Shown: positions 13,465 to 27,339 of the stretch, piece by piece
Position numbering within the stretch: position 1 is the first letter of the stretch
Layout: every line of letters starts with the position of its first letter
Source of the DNA: Oopsacas minuta
Taxonomy: Eukaryota; Animalia; Porifera
DNA: 64,000 bases
Assembly (NCBI GenBank): GCA_024704765.1
Contig: JAKMXF010000088.1
Coordinates: 1-64,000 of the forward strand
Direction: 5' to 3'
The notes under the pieces: generated by a model
Told to the model about the DNA's origin: nothing
Seen by the model: the letters and a program-made list of their open reading frames with translations, nothing else
Databases searched by the model: none
Translations under genes and position numbers: made by a program

Positions 13465-13717
13465 TGAAAATTCACAAATATGGCGAAATTATGATGTATT
13501 GTTACCTTTTTGGATTTTCGAAAAATCACATTATCAGACGCTGCTCATGCTTAATGTCATAACATCATGATTTTACACAAATGCAAACTCATCCAGACTG
13601 CACAAAAATTTTGACAAATATGCTACGTTTCAGGTGGAGGGTCACCACAGAGTGTAATTAAATTTCTGATATTTTGGAAATTCGAGGCAAGTATTGCCGA
13701 GTACATCCGGTCGCATA

Positions 13718-14114
13718 CAGGGGGGTCAGGTTCTAGGGGGGCGGTGGGGCTCGCCCCCCAAGTTTCTTCGAAAAATTATTCTACTTGAAAGATATTTTAA
13801 TACTCCAATATCCTAGTTTACTCAATGTACTGAAAATAAATATGTGGTCATGATTGTAATACTTAATACTTCTAACCGATTGAAAACTTTCGAGCAATTG
13901 CGAAATAACACAACTATAGATTCTTTAATTCGTTAAAGGATTGACTAAATATGTTAAATTTTAAATTTTCTCCATTATACAAGTCATATTTGTTGATAAA
14001 GTCAGTAATTCGATATAAAATTCATTTTACTATTCATTATAATTGGTGTAGTTAAACGTAAAATGAGTAGTGAGTACAATGGTACCCACTATTTTGGTCA
14101 ACCTGACGCCCCTG
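13718..14114. mobile_element. hAT-type MITE (397 bp)
   Basis: 15-bp TIR CAGGGG(G/C)GTCAGGTT. 8-bp TSD GTCGCATA/GTCACATA. Confidence 0.85.
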
Positions 14115-15790
14115 GTCACATATCGACCAAATCCACTAAGAAAATTAGCTGTTTTATACTTATGCTAAATCGGAGGTACCAAGCTATAGTGCAGCGACTT
14201 AGCAAGCGAAGAGCGCTAGTACAGATTATTGCATTTTAATAGCATAGATTCTCTACGCTTTATGAATAATCCCGAAATATAGATGGTGGGATGGAGAGGA
14301 TGCAAATTCTAGCCACTGAAGATTCTGCACATTATAACCAGGGATGGATCTAGGTTGAAAGGTCAGAGGAGAGTTAACATGAGCTTACTGCTTATACCCC
14401 CCTCTGAGTGGCAGGGACGTCGCCACGAGGGCATAGGGAGGCAATGGCCGCCCTGGTAAAATCTATGTCCGGTCATGCCTAATCCCTCAATCAGGATAAT
14501 CACACATGACAAAAAATGATAGATTGAATGATCTTGAAATTGGACTACCATGATAGTTAATTAATACACTAAACATTTAGCCCTAATTGCAAACTTTGAA
14601 ATTTCGGCAGGTTTCGCTAGCATCTTACCCTCAATATCATGCTATTTTACCTACACTCACCCTATTATCAGGTATATACCTTGTATTAATCTAAGAACTG
14701 AAGTTATTCGAAGTTACGTGACAGTCAGTGAGTTAGAATTGTAACTAATGTTGTTAGAATTATAGCTTGTTTTCAAGGGGCTACGGTCCTGGACAACACC
14801 GAAAAATTAGTCCACAAGAACTCCAGCTGTAAGATTATCCACTAACAGAAATGTATTGATCCATCACAGGACATACTTCCTGATAAAAATAGGGTAACCC
14901 ATAGACCCCCCACTCTTGCAATCTGAGCGTTTTCGAAATGTAAAAATGGTAATATAAAATTTGGTTGCCAATGCTGCTGCCTCCTGGCCAAACCAGCATT
15001 TGACTGGTCGCTTTGGATGTATAAAACCCCTTGGCTGGGGCCTGCCCCTAGAAACCTCATGGCCCCCCTGGTAATTATTTGCCCTCCTCATAGATAAAAT
15101 CCTGGAGATGTCCCTGCTGAGTAGGTGGCTAGATGAAACACTGGTTGTGACCAGAGAGACCAAGGTAAATGTTTAATATTATGTACAGAATTCCAGTTGA
15201 TAGAATTTGAATTATCCCCATCCACACCAGCTATATTAAACAATTATTCATAAAGCGAAGAAAAGAGACTATTCAAATTGAAAAAATTGTGATAAACCAT
15301 AGCCTACTAAATATAAGGCCTAACAGTAAATGTACCAGGGAAGTGGTATTAGCTGAAAGCATCTATATACATGGTTTCCTTATTTTAGAAATAGTGCATT
15401 TTTTGCATGAATATATGTACATATTTGCAGAAGATCAATTTTTCCGAGTATATACTAAAAAATTCAGAAATGTGTCAAAATAGCATGTATTTAGATGCCT
15501 TGTAAAACGTAAAAATAATGCATTTTCATCTCAAAGCAATAAATGAATGATCTAAGTATAAATACTTATATACAAATATCAACAAATGGTAATACAAAAG
15601 TTGTCTCTTTTTCATTTAAGATAATGAGCATACATGACAAATTTTAATGAATACGTATTCAATAATAACTCGAGAATCGTTAATTATGGCAAGGTTTGAA
15701 ACAGCTCGAACCGATATTAGTATTCATCAATAGCAACCTAACCAAATAGTGATAACATTCGCTTAAATCAACCGAATATTGAACTATTCG

Positions 15791-17948
15791 GGTTGACAGA
15801 ATAAGACCTAATTTGCAGTGTGAAAAATATATTTTTCCAATACTGGAATAAGACCGAATGGAATAAGACCGAATTTAATTCAAGACTGGAATAAGACCGA
15901 ATGGAATAATACCGAATGAAATAAGACCGAATAGAATAAGACCGAATGGAATAAGACCGAATTTAATTCAAGACTGGATGAATAATGATAATGCGTCGTA
16001 ACAAAATACAGATAAATATATGAAAAGTGAAATGAGTGAACACATAAGTTAGAGAATGAGAGATCACAAAAAGATTTTGATGAAGTTTTTTATAGGTTCT
16101 CTACAAATAGGGCAGTTGTTATTATCAGAGTTAACAATCCTCTCTGTACAGCTGAAGCAAGTTTGAGCATGACGGCAGGGCATAATTAGTGTATCTGGAA
16201 CATTCACTAAACATATTCTACACATGTTTGAGTTTTGTTCTGTACTCACATCTTGAATCAAATCTTCCTCTTTATTTTCTGTATCTACATCTTCAACTGA
16301 TTCAATAAACCCTTCAAATCTCGCAAACTGGGTTTTATATTGATGAGTTATAGTTTTCAAATAATTATTTGGAGTAATATCACCATTAATTAGTTGTTGT
16401 TGTAACGCGTCTATATATTTCTCCTTCTGAATAGTTACTGGCCTTTTCTTACGCCTTATTGGAACATGATTATCAATTCTTTCGATGTCTTTTTCGGTTG
16501 TTTGAATTACTTTATTCAAGTTTTTGATAAAATCCCAGTAATTAGGGTTATGGGATTTAAATTTTCTTTTCAAATTTGCATGAAAGCTCTCTAGATCGTT
16601 TGTGGTAAGTTTCTCTGTATGGAAAACTGATTGTCTAGAAGGACCAACTTGACCCAGCCAGTATCGCTCATAATATTTTAACAGTTTAATTACGTTTTCA
16701 TTCTCAGACTGTGGTAACAAAGGCTTTTCTTGTTTTATGCAACTAAACATCGGAACAATAAGATCTGATGGAAGTAGTGGCAAACACATTAACTGTTCAA
16801 CCCACTGTCTAAATTCTAGGTTTGAGATGTTAGCATTTGATAAACCCTTTTTGAGAATCCCAGTTTTGTATAGCGCTCTATCATAGTGAAATAAGCAGCC
16901 GCTGACCCTTGCATAGGGAAAACCTTTCGCAAATGAACTGTACATTGAACTCTCAAAGTCCGTCTTAATGATAGAAGCAATAAATGGTAGAATTTCAATG
17001 ACTTTTGCTACAACTTTATCATAAAGCGTACTTGTCTTTTTTGACATCAAAATATGAATAGCAGGCAACGAGTGAGACTTGTACTACAAGAATATATTTA
17101 ACAATTGATAAAATTGCTTGGGAACCACATAAAAAGTAGCATCTGCTTGCAATTCTGTTTGGTCAGTCGGATGCAAGTAGTTTTCCATTTAGGGCTCATA
17201 AATGCAATCGCTACTTCATCTAATTCTTCAATGGAGAAAGCATGATACATCTTAAATTCTTCACCAGGATCTTCCATTAAGGACATCGCAGTTCGAGCAT
17301 TTAATGGAACTTCTGGTGTGCATAATCTTTTCCGTTTATACATCGTGCTTTCTAACTGTGCAAAGCTTATGAAACCACCAACTTCAGATTGATTCACTTC
17401 ATCATCAAATATTTCCCGAAGTGATCCTTGTGAATATTCGGATTTGCGTTTGAGTTTAGATGTAACTTTCATTATCTCGATTTCTCTTTCTGTAGATTCG
17501 TGATTATCATGCTCATTTAAGTAGTGAAAAATAATTAGTTTCGAGAGTAATTTTTGCCCTAGCAGTACAGCCATACTTATATTTGACGCATCTTAAATAT
17601 CTCACACCTTTCACATCTTTGTCCTTAATGTAAGCATTCGCTCCGTTTTGATAAAGCAACGAGCCTTTTCGATGACCGTCCAAAATTTCGTAATTTGTCA
17701 TTATTTAGAAATACAAATGATACTTGTATGAATTGCTAATTATGCAGTTGGATTAAAAAGTTGTGAATAATCACTATTAATATATTCACCCCAGAAACCT
17801 TCAAGAAGTATTGTAAACATATCTATATGGTATCCTTTAGAAAATTGTTAATTGACTTGAATTAAATTCGGTCTCATTCCATTCGGTCTTATTCTATTCG
17901 GTCTTATTCCATTCGGTCTTATTCTATTCGGTCTTATTCATGTTTCCC
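15791..17948 (-). mobile_element. MULE transposon (2158 bp) with tandem-repeat TIRs
   Basis: Perfect 9-bp TSD AACTATTCG (15782-15790, 17949-17957). Both ends are inverted arrays of the 15-mer GGAATAAGACCGAAT. Confidence 0.93.
16064..17701 (-). pseudogene. FLYWCH-MULE DDE transposase with C-terminal C3HC4 RING finger
   Basis: FLYWCH-like start (GSLLYQNG..YLRC..GCTARAK..HDNH), then ADATFYVVP, KTDFE, GCLFH and TTNDLESFH. RING CRICLVNVPDTLIMPCRHAQTCFSC..CPICR at 16064-16222. Two frameshifts (about 17530 and 17165) and one TAG (about 17085). Confidence 0.9.
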
Positions 17949-18967
17949 AACTATTCGCCAAAGAATATTCGGTTGAACCGAATTTGAACCTTTCGGTTGC
18001 AATCTTGATTTATAGTAAAATCAAAATAGCCAATTGATACTATAGGCCCGACATGCTTAACCCTTATAATACATTATGATATGAAATAATTGAAGAATAT
18101 TGCGAAATCTTGAAATGACCATATATGGGCATCGTCACATTGGTACGCGATAAAATATCGAAATGTATTACAAGTGTATGGGAAGTCGGGCATACGTATA
18201 CTATAAATTTGCTATCCTGATTTTACAATAATTTGAACGATTCTTAAGTTATAATCGAATAAATATTCATAAACATTTGTCAGCTATGGTCTGTACCATA
18301 AATCATGGACTACACAACTTTTGTATTACTAAATTTTGATATTTTGCAAGGTTGAAACCGCTTTAATCGAATAATGATCAACCCCAGGGCTGAATTTGGC
18401 ATACAGGGGTATTGTGGGCCTGACTCGGACAAGTTTCAGTCTTGGACGAAAATTCACTCCCGAAATTATGACGTCATTGTCACCTCTTAGGATTGTTGAA
18501 AAATCACATTATTAACCACTGCTCATCCAATATACATGATAGAAGTTTGAATCACAGGTACCCCTCATTATGCCACACGTTCTGACGTCATGATTTTGCC
18601 AATTGCAAACTCATCATGGTATTAATACATCATCATGACTGTACATATACTTAAAATTTGTCATGATAAAGGATATAATATGTTTTGTTAATATCCTCTT
18701 GTAAACTCGATCACCGTTACAATTATGGTCAATTCAGCATAGCCAATATATATAGTATGCACCTGACTCACATAACCTTATATTACATTTTGATACGATA
18801 TCTCTTACCAATATGAAGTAATCATGAATATGCCCAGGTATGGTCATTTTGAGATTGCGCAAAAATCTTGAGAGATATCATATCAAAATGTATCACAAGG
18901 GTATGGGATGTTGGATTTATACCATAAAATAGCCATCCTGATTGGACCATATTTCCACGATTATCGA

Positions 18968-21900
18968 GGGGGAGTTGCACATATCAGAATTTACTGTTCT
19001 GATTTTGTCAGAATATTTAGTTCTGCACTTGTCAGAATAGTTTTTATCGAGTTCTGACTTTGTCAGAATTGTTTTTATCGAGTTTTGACTTTGGGAGAAT
19101 TGGATTTTGATTGATTCACTACGTAACAAATTTTTATGAAATCTTTGTTTGGCTTGATATTTTGATTGTTTATGGATAATTTTGAGGCGCTGATTCTGAA
19201 AATGCAATTAGTTTTTTTCTATCATCGATCGTTAACTTTCAGGAAGCCTATTTATATGAGCAGGTTACAAGCTTAGCCAACCCAGCAAAGACGTACGTCA
19301 CAATCAAAATCTTTTGTGCTATAACAATAAAGATAACAAACATTTTGCACTCCCTTCACTGTCTCTTGTCTTTTTAAGCTCTGGGAGACACTTAAAGTGT
19401 CTGCGAATGCACAGCTTAAAGAGCATCAGAATTCCAGGCTGGGGTAGGATTGCAAACTTAGAAATTTCGTTCTTGTGTATAGTTTATTTGCTATCCAGTA
19501 CCTTCACTTGGAAAGTATTTTCTTATATTAATACTATAAGCTACCAGCAGCTAGTATAAGCATAAGTATAACTGCCTTTAGCAGAGAGGCAGAAATAACT
19601 TGCTGGTTGTTCTTACGTTAAGTTAGTGTTTTTCAAATTTAGAAATTGCAATGGCTAGTAGACAATGCAAGAATTCACCTGACTCATTTTGCTATGTTTG
19701 TGGATATTATGTTGGTGACAAACATGTTTCAAATAAAATATCAAAAGAAGCTAAGTATTGGGAAGCGTATAGACTGTATTTGGGGATGTCCATTGGGGAC
19801 AGGAAAAGGCCTGGGCCCCACATGTGATTTGTGGTAGCTGTCGATCTAATCTTGAAGCTTGGTTGAGGGGTTCCGCTAGAGTTATGCCATTTGCTATTCC
19901 AAGAGTTTGGAGAGAGTCACAAAACCATCAAGATGATTGTTACTTTTGTATGGTAAATATTGCTAAGTACCGCAAGGTTAAGGGAAGAAGAGCACTGACT
20001 TATCCAAGTATACCTTCATCCATTGCACCTGTTCCTCATAGTGAAACTTTACCAGTTCCAAAACCACCAGCAAATGTAAGTAGTTTTATGTTTTATAATA
20101 TAAGGCTACACTAGCTTATATGCTGTAAGGGTGACCCACAATCTGCATCTTATGCTTTATCTTGTCATTTTAGTTGGAGTTTAATACTGAATGTGAAGAC
20201 TCGATATCAAGTGAAACTTCGGATACTGAAGAGGAGTATCTTCAATCAACAAGTGCAGATCGTCATTATCCTTCTAAGAGAGAATTAGATACTTAATACG
20301 AGATCTGCAACTAACAAAATCTGCAGCAGAGCTATTGACGTCAAGATTAAGCGAGTGGAATTTGCTGCGTGATAATTGCAAAATAACTGCTTACAGGAAG
20401 AGGCACTTGGACTATTCTGTTTACTTTGATGTAATACAGGATCTGTGCTACTGCAAAGATGTGAATGGTTTGTTTGATGCTGTTGGAATTGAACATGACC
20501 CTTCTCAGTGGCGACTTTTTATTGCAGTTCCACCAAAAGTCTTAAAAGAGTTTTACTTCATAAGGGGAACAAATATCCGTCAATTCCACTTGCTTATTCA
20601 ATACAAATGAAAGAAGACTATGAAAATGTCAAGCAACTACTGCTTAAAATAAACTATGCTGAATTTAACTGGCAGCTCTGTGGTGATTTTAAGATGTTAG
20701 GGTTTTTGTTGGGACTGCAGGGTGGTTACACCAAATACTCATGTTTTCTTTGTTTGTGGAACAGCAGAGCTGATGGAGAGCACTACAAGAAGACTCAATG
20801 GCTGCCAAGAAAAGAATTAATGCCAGGAAAGTACAATGTCATCAAAGAGCCACTTGTATGCCGGGAAAAAGTTTTACTACCACCTCTTCATATAAAGCTA
20901 GGTTTAGTAAAGCAATTTGTTAAAGCTTTGGATTTTGAAGGAGAAGCTTTTCAAGAAATCCGTGCAATGTTTCCAAAATTATCAGATGATAAACTAAAGG
21001 GAGGAATATTTGTTGGCCCCCAAATAACCACCATATTAAAGTCAAGAACCCTGGAGAATAAAATGACCGAAACAGAAAGAAAAACATGGCAGGCATTTCG
21101 AGATGTAGTTAATGGCTTTTTAGGAAATAACAAAGATCCTAATTATGAAGAGATAGTGAATACTCTGAGCACAAGCTACCAAAAGATGGGATGTCGCATG
21201 TCGTTGAAACTTCATTTTCTATGCTCTCATCTTGACTTCTTTCAAGAAAATTTGGGGGATTTCAGCGAGGAACATGGCGAGAGATTTCACCAAGATATTC
21301 AGCTAATGGAAAGACCGTATCAGGGCCGCTGGGACAGTGCAATGATGGGCGATTACATGTGGTTTTTGATAAGGGAAGACATTTCTGGTCACAAAAGAAA
21401 AGCTCGTTCAACAGTTCATTTTTGAAGTATTTTAACTCTCTAACATGAGTGCGTTTTGTTTTCTTTAGGACTTGTAATCAGCAATGTACTGTTTGGTAGT
21501 GATTTACATGTTCAAATTAACTTATCAACACATCACTACGTGTTTAAATCTATTACAAGAGCTGTAGGTAAATTTGCATATAATGAACAACACAACTTGT
21601 TCGGAAAAAGCAAGAAGGTAAATACGTCAAAAAGCATTGATGATATGGAAAAACTAACACGATTTTTGAATTCAGCGACCCAAAAACATAAGGGGACATC
21701 AAAAATTGAAGCCAAACAAAAATTGTGTTACGTAGTGTTATCTAGCTAGCTTTTTGCTTGAGCTGAGAAGAGTAGGCATTTCAGTTCACTATTTGGATAA
21801 CTGGCCAAGTGTTTTCATAATACAGCTATATTCAAGGAATTACCGGAATGTGATATTTAAATCCGTCAATCCAGAACAACAAACAGCTAAATAGTGTCGA

Positions 21901-22062
21901 AACTAATTCCAAAATTGATTCTCCCAAATCGTAGCACAAAACTTGATAAAAACCATTCTGACAAGTGCAGAACTTTAAAATATCCATTCTGATAAGTGCA
22001 GAACTCTAAAAACCGATTCTGACTAGATCAGAACAGTAAATTCTGACATGTGCATATCCCCC
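18968..22062. mobile_element. Non-autonomous long-TIR element (GGGGGA..TGCACAT.TCAGAATTTACTGTTCTG ends) hosting a Chapaev insertion
   Basis: About 135-bp inverted arms at 18968-19100 and 21918-22062 with TCAGAA/TTCTGA subrepeats. A related copy lies at about 53618-54347. No clear TSD. Confidence 0.7.
19117..21737 (+). mobile_element. Chapaev3-type (CMC clade) DNA transposon with pseudogenised transposase (19651-21425)
   Basis: TIR CACTACGTAACA/TGTTACGTAGTG. N-terminal FCYVCG..WAPHVICGSC..NHQDDCYFC. Core LPPLHIKLGLVKQFVKAL..GIFVGPQI..SHLDFF..SEEHGERFHQDI..YQGRW. One intron at about 20076-20193. Frameshifts present. Family name is from recalled sequence signature, not a search. Confidence 0.8.
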
Positions 22063-25000
22063 TTACTGAGTTATAAGTGGATATTGGCAAACATGTGACA
22101 TCCATGGTCTGTTCGATAACTCTGAAACCTTGGAACTTTATCATGACAATTTCTATATGTATAGAAACGGTTATAGATCATTTGGTATTTCAACAATTTT
22201 CAACATAGATTAATAATTAGTATTACATATGGATTCTAAGATGGAGCAGTTTATGATATATATTTGCCAATTACACTAACAAATTCCCCCACTTCTATCC
22301 GAAATTTTTTACAAATGTGGCATTAGTGAATTTTTACATATCGATAATACATTAATTCGGATGAAAATGTAGCAGTTTCTTATTATTTGTGATTATTGAT
22401 TTTCCCATTAAAATATATCCACGGCCTCTTATCTTTGGTCCAAAGTAATGATCAGACCTTATCCTTAGTAGGCTATGGCTTAGCCAAATAATCAAATTTA
22501 TAGAAAATATAATCCAACATAAAGAGCTATGATAAGATTGAGTTCAGATTATCTCACGTAAGAAGTTGTGATTGCAGTTAGTATATTTCTATCATAAAGG
22601 AAGCAAAATTATTTCGTTAACAATATTATTCGGTCCCAAACCGAATATTCAACTATTCGGATTAAACCCTGATATAAATGCTTTCAGCTAATACTGCATC
22701 CCTGGTTGATAATTTAAGAGTTACTGTTAGGACTTATGTTAGTAGGCTATGAATCAACATAACTCAGTGGTTCCAAACATTTTACAAAAATGAGCTTTGG
22801 GTCCCTTTGTTATTCGGAAAGTTCATTGGGTCCCAATGAATTGATAAACAAAGTATTTTTTAAGCATATTGTATGAATACGTACTAAAGATAATACAAAG
22901 TTATGGCAGCATAAGCAAAAAACTCAATTTGTATAGGTATGCAATTCCGTTCGGGAGGTTATGCTACTGATTATTATATGGAACGGCCAGACTGTAACTG
23001 AGAATAGTGGGTTACTTAACAAGATTTCAAGACAACCCACAGCAGGCGAATAAATAAAATCAGAATCAATACGAACAATAATCATGAATTATAGCTTGGT
23101 TGGTTTACTAATTGAGTTTGGGGGTCAGGAATATAAAAATTGAGTGAGCAAAGAACGGAAAATCTTCTTACTTATGAAATCATTTTAGTCTGAACATACA
23201 TCAAACTGCAAATGTATTGCGGGAGTGAGTTGAATGATAAGTCTGTGTATATGTTCAAGATACAGACTCTAATTAAGTGATTCTCAGCCGGTGCACTTGA
23301 GTACCTAAGTGTCAGGGTATTATTCAGGCGTATGCAGGACGCTTACAGACCCATAAATTCGGGCTAATATATCTCTAGGCGTTTGTATTTTGAACCACTC
23401 TAGGTGTTTGTATTGTAGCATTTCAACCAACAGCCTTTGGGCATACCATAATAATCAAATATCATTAAAAATACAGTCGTTGGAGGGCATGTTTATATAT
23501 ATTGACTACAAGATCTCTGGTTAAAGGACATACATTTGAAAATATAAAAGGGGAATGGGGCGTTATCATGAGATAAATAAAATACACATAAAGTACTAAA
23601 ATAAATAATGGTTTTTCAATCAAAGTGTTACGAAAACCGAGAATAGTCCAGGGAATGAGCCCAGAACAGCAAAATAAGAGAAAATAATTCAGAGAACGGC
23701 ATTTGCGTGAATGCAAGGGATGCCTGGAAAACTTAATTTGGTATCAGCGTGAGTAGAATCGCAAGATTACTATGATTGAAATCATATATGATGTGATCTG
23801 GTCGCTGGAACCCAATGGAACTTATTAGAAAATACTCTAGTCTATAGTCACAAAACAAATGTATTATAAGGAATTTGTTTGAATACTACTCGCGGACCCC
23901 AGTTTGGGAACCAGTGAACTTACCCAAATAATTGGTCAAATAGCTCGATCTAAATCTAATTAAGAAATAATAAATTTAGTAGAAATATTTCTCACAAAAA
24001 CAGACAATGACCAGTAGAGTACCGAGGGAGAGCAGCGCCCAGGGCTGCACTTCTAGTAATGGCGGCACATTTCTTCTTAAAGGCCCGTATCCATAGACTA
24101 GTATCTATAAAACATACATGCCAACCTTCGTGCATTACATCAATCACTGGACACCATAATTGTTTTTCGCTCATACGCTCGCTCGTAAGTAATTCGCTCC
24201 CCCAAAAGATGAAGATTGACAATGAATATCGGGCCCCAACATTCACGAGGCCCCTGGGCCACACCTTTTGCTATTGCCTATGTTTGTTCGTTACTAACAT
24301 AAACAGGGTAATTATAGGTTCAAATGCTGTAAACGCAGGATAGGCTCTCAAGCCACTCATAAAGGGCCCCATGGTTTCTTCCAGGAGGGTAGGGGGAGGG
24401 CATTTGCCCCCTTACATAAAATCCTGAAAGAAACCCTGGGCCCCCCAGAGTTATATCGCCTCATCCCAACGGGTAGGTTATGCTACTGGGGGCGGCATTT
24501 TGTCGCGGTACGCCACTGACAATAACATCATGTATCTCTAAGAAATAAGTAAAATAGCAATACAATTAGGAAGCCGTGGAGAACTAATTCGCAAAAAGCG
24601 CGTTTAATACTACTTTCGAGGGCCTTTGTCAGCTACTCTGAACATTAGTCCCGTATAGAAATCGCCTGTGCATGTTATCTTGAAAATGTAGGTAGCTAAA
24701 TCAAATACTTTCAGATCAACTTTTTATGGTCATATTTTTTGTCTAGTAACCCTATACATCCTTACAAATATCAACATTCCATTCTCAAAATTTTCCCGAA
24801 CCCTATCGAGTGAACCCTTGTTCGACGCAGCTAGGCTAACTGATTCTATTTACACACTTATCGTGGTATCGATCAACATAGGGTAAATATAGATTGCCTC
24901 TAGCCTAAAAGGATCTCCAAAATGTCTAATATGAGTGTGGAAAGTTTGATGCTTTCATCACAAAGTGCACAAAACATCACTAAAGGAAATTAACAAATCC

Positions 25001-25530
25001 TTAAAGTAGATATGGATTTTGTCAAAATCGCGAAAAATTCGAAATCCAAACAAACTAATAATGATATTATAATCAAGATATATTAAAAATAGCATATATT
25101 TTGAGAGTCCTACTTTTTCATTATCTAAGTCCCGATTCGTGCATAAACACCCACCATAATGCCAAAACCTCTTGGCTTTTAGTTTCTAGAGATTGACATC
25201 AATTAATTGATGTCTTATCCTCTATTGCAGAAATTTCACTGGCGAAAATTTCAGAGCTTTCATTTCATATATAGTATATAAGATAATCCGCTCTACTCAA
25301 GAGGATCGTAAAAGGGAAATAAAATGGGAGAATTTGGCCTAAAATTGTTCACATCAAAATGGATAAGTGTAACCTTTCCTTAATATTGTCAAATAGTTCA
25401 GTTGCCAAATACGAAATAACCTGGGGATTGGAGCATAAAAATGGAAATTTTTGTGTGACAATGCGCTTATTACCACAAAAATACGATAAAGGAAATGAAC
25501 AAGTACAAGAAAATACAAACAGATTCTCAC

Positions 25531-25622
25531 TCTATATTCTTCCAATTCTTTAGTCGGAAAACCATCCCCGTGAATAATCTTCATTTGTTTGACAAGAGTA
25601 CTCTTGCCAGACTCTCCAGCTC
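25531..25622 (-). CDS. G-protein alpha subunit, exon 2 (P-loop)
   Basis: tttAG|GA GCT..AGA|GTgaga. Encodes (G)[30 protein letters not shown], the canonical G1 box. Phases fit exons 1 and 3. Confidence 0.97.
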
Positions 25623-25807
25623 CTAAATAATGGTGAAATAATAGGAATCATGTATAATAGAGAACTGTTACCCTATGAACAACATTTAACCATCTGGCCA
25701 CAACAAATAGTCTGTGAATTTCATGACAGGGGGGGGTCATCTGTGGCAACAGGAGATGGTCCATGATTAGAAAAATGTCTGTGGATTATCCACAAGATAA
25801 AACAAAC

Positions 25808-25937
25808 CTAGGAGCAATATTTTAATGGTATTAGAGAATATTCTCTCATCCTTCTTGATCTGTTTGTCAATATCAGTACTCTTTTGACGAGCTTGTCTCT
25901 CCTCAGGTGTTAATCCTCCAGGAACGCAATTCCCCAT
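25808..25937 (-). CDS. G-protein alpha subunit, exon 1
   Basis: ATG at 25937 gives MGNCVPGGLTPEERQARQKSTDIDKQIKKDERIFSNTIKILLL(G), then a GT donor. MG..C is a myristoylation/palmitoylation-type N-terminus. The intron inside LLLG|AGES is typical of G-alpha genes. Confidence 0.96.
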
Positions 25938-26190
25938 TTCTAAATCTATCTTATTGGGACATAAGTAATAATTAAGAGATATAATTACACCATACTAGTG
26001 TACAAGGGAATTTTCTAAAAAATTAAAACCATGATCAACTAAATGGGCCCTTAAAGTTTCACCCGGCCCCGAAGTTGGGAAGCTCCAAATACAAACATAT
26101 AGAACAAATTCGCGGAGTCTCAGTGGCGTTTCTAAGATTGTATTTTAGGTGGGTGCTTATTGATGTGTTTAGGTTATGTAATCTATAGTA

Positions 26191-27057
26191 GGGCCTTATT
26201 CAAGTCAAATTCTTAGTGAAATTCTTAGAATTTGAGGCAATTCTAAGAATCTTTATAAGAATTAACGACTATACTAACGAGTCCCGATCAAAATCCCATC
26301 CAGTAAGTAGATATCGATTCCAAAGACCCAATTCAACACAACCCAGGATTTTGTCAGATATCAGAGCAAGCTTAGGGGTTCCCCAATTAACGGAACGGAA
26401 CGGAACGGACAATGTTTTCTTGAATAAATTTCAAATTTGTCGCTTAATTAACACATGCATGTACACATATTCCTTGAAATCACAGGAGATAGAAGAGGGT
26501 AGAACAACAGTTGTCAAGCAATCGTTATGACATTTCACGTTGATGATATTCATTTGTCAAAATTTGTAATCATTTGTTCAATATTAAAGGAATTCCGCAT
26601 AAAAGCATTGCCTCACTAAGTTTTGATCGCCTTCTCTTGGCTATAGGTAGGTATTATCCAGTCGAAAGGTGATACATATAATATTGGCGATGAAAATGAT
26701 GAAAGCTGTTCATGAGGTATTACTAGATATATTATTGATTTCTCTACAAATAAAGAAAATTGATAACCACCGCGTGATAAAACATACTTGACAACCGTTA
26801 TGATACAATATTCTATGCTTTACAAGGCCAATGTGCAATGCAAGAAACAACAAATTAATATTTATTTTAAAAAACTAATCAGTTCCGTTCCATGAATTAG
26901 GGTAGGAAATCAATTCCGTTCCGTCTTCCCGATTCCGTGAATTTTGATACTAATCCAAGGTAAATTTCTCCATTTCAGTTCAAACAGAGAACAAAATACA
27001 CGTAATCATCGATCGGACTCGTTAAGAAAATTATTAGTATGTTAGTGAATAAGGCCC
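26191..27057. mobile_element. PIF/Harbinger-type MITE with a nested ACGGA-repeat element
   Basis: Ends GGGCCTTATTCA...TGAATAAGGCCC with 3-bp flanks GTA/TTA. Inner (ACGGA)n at about 26390 and TTCCGT repeats at about 26880-26940. Confidence 0.65.
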
Positions 27058-27339
27058 TTAGTGTGTAGAGTCTAGACAAAGCAGAAAGTGAGATAATACT
27101 CGGTGGCTTAGACTGGGCTGCCAACCCTCCCGTTTTTGGCGGGAGTCTCAGATTTTTTAGCTATTCTCACGCCAAGCCTGTCAAATCTCCCGCATTAAAA
27201 TTTCTTTGTAGAAAATTTTTAGCTCAAAATTTGGATAATTTGCTATCATATTGTTTCAGTGCATTGAATAATCTCTGTTTTCTTGTTCAACACACAATAT
27301 TTATTCATTGTGTGTTCTGTCACGCTTTAACTGGTCCGG

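Noticed and set aside
15846-15975. CRISPR-like array of 15-bp repeats
   Set aside because: The units are contiguous without unique spacers, are mirrored at the other end of a MULE, and sit in eukaryotic context with no cas genes.
25354-25584. [13 protein letters not shown]... and ORF 3871-4068 as stand-alone genes
   Set aside because: Both are G-alpha exons read through into intron sequence.
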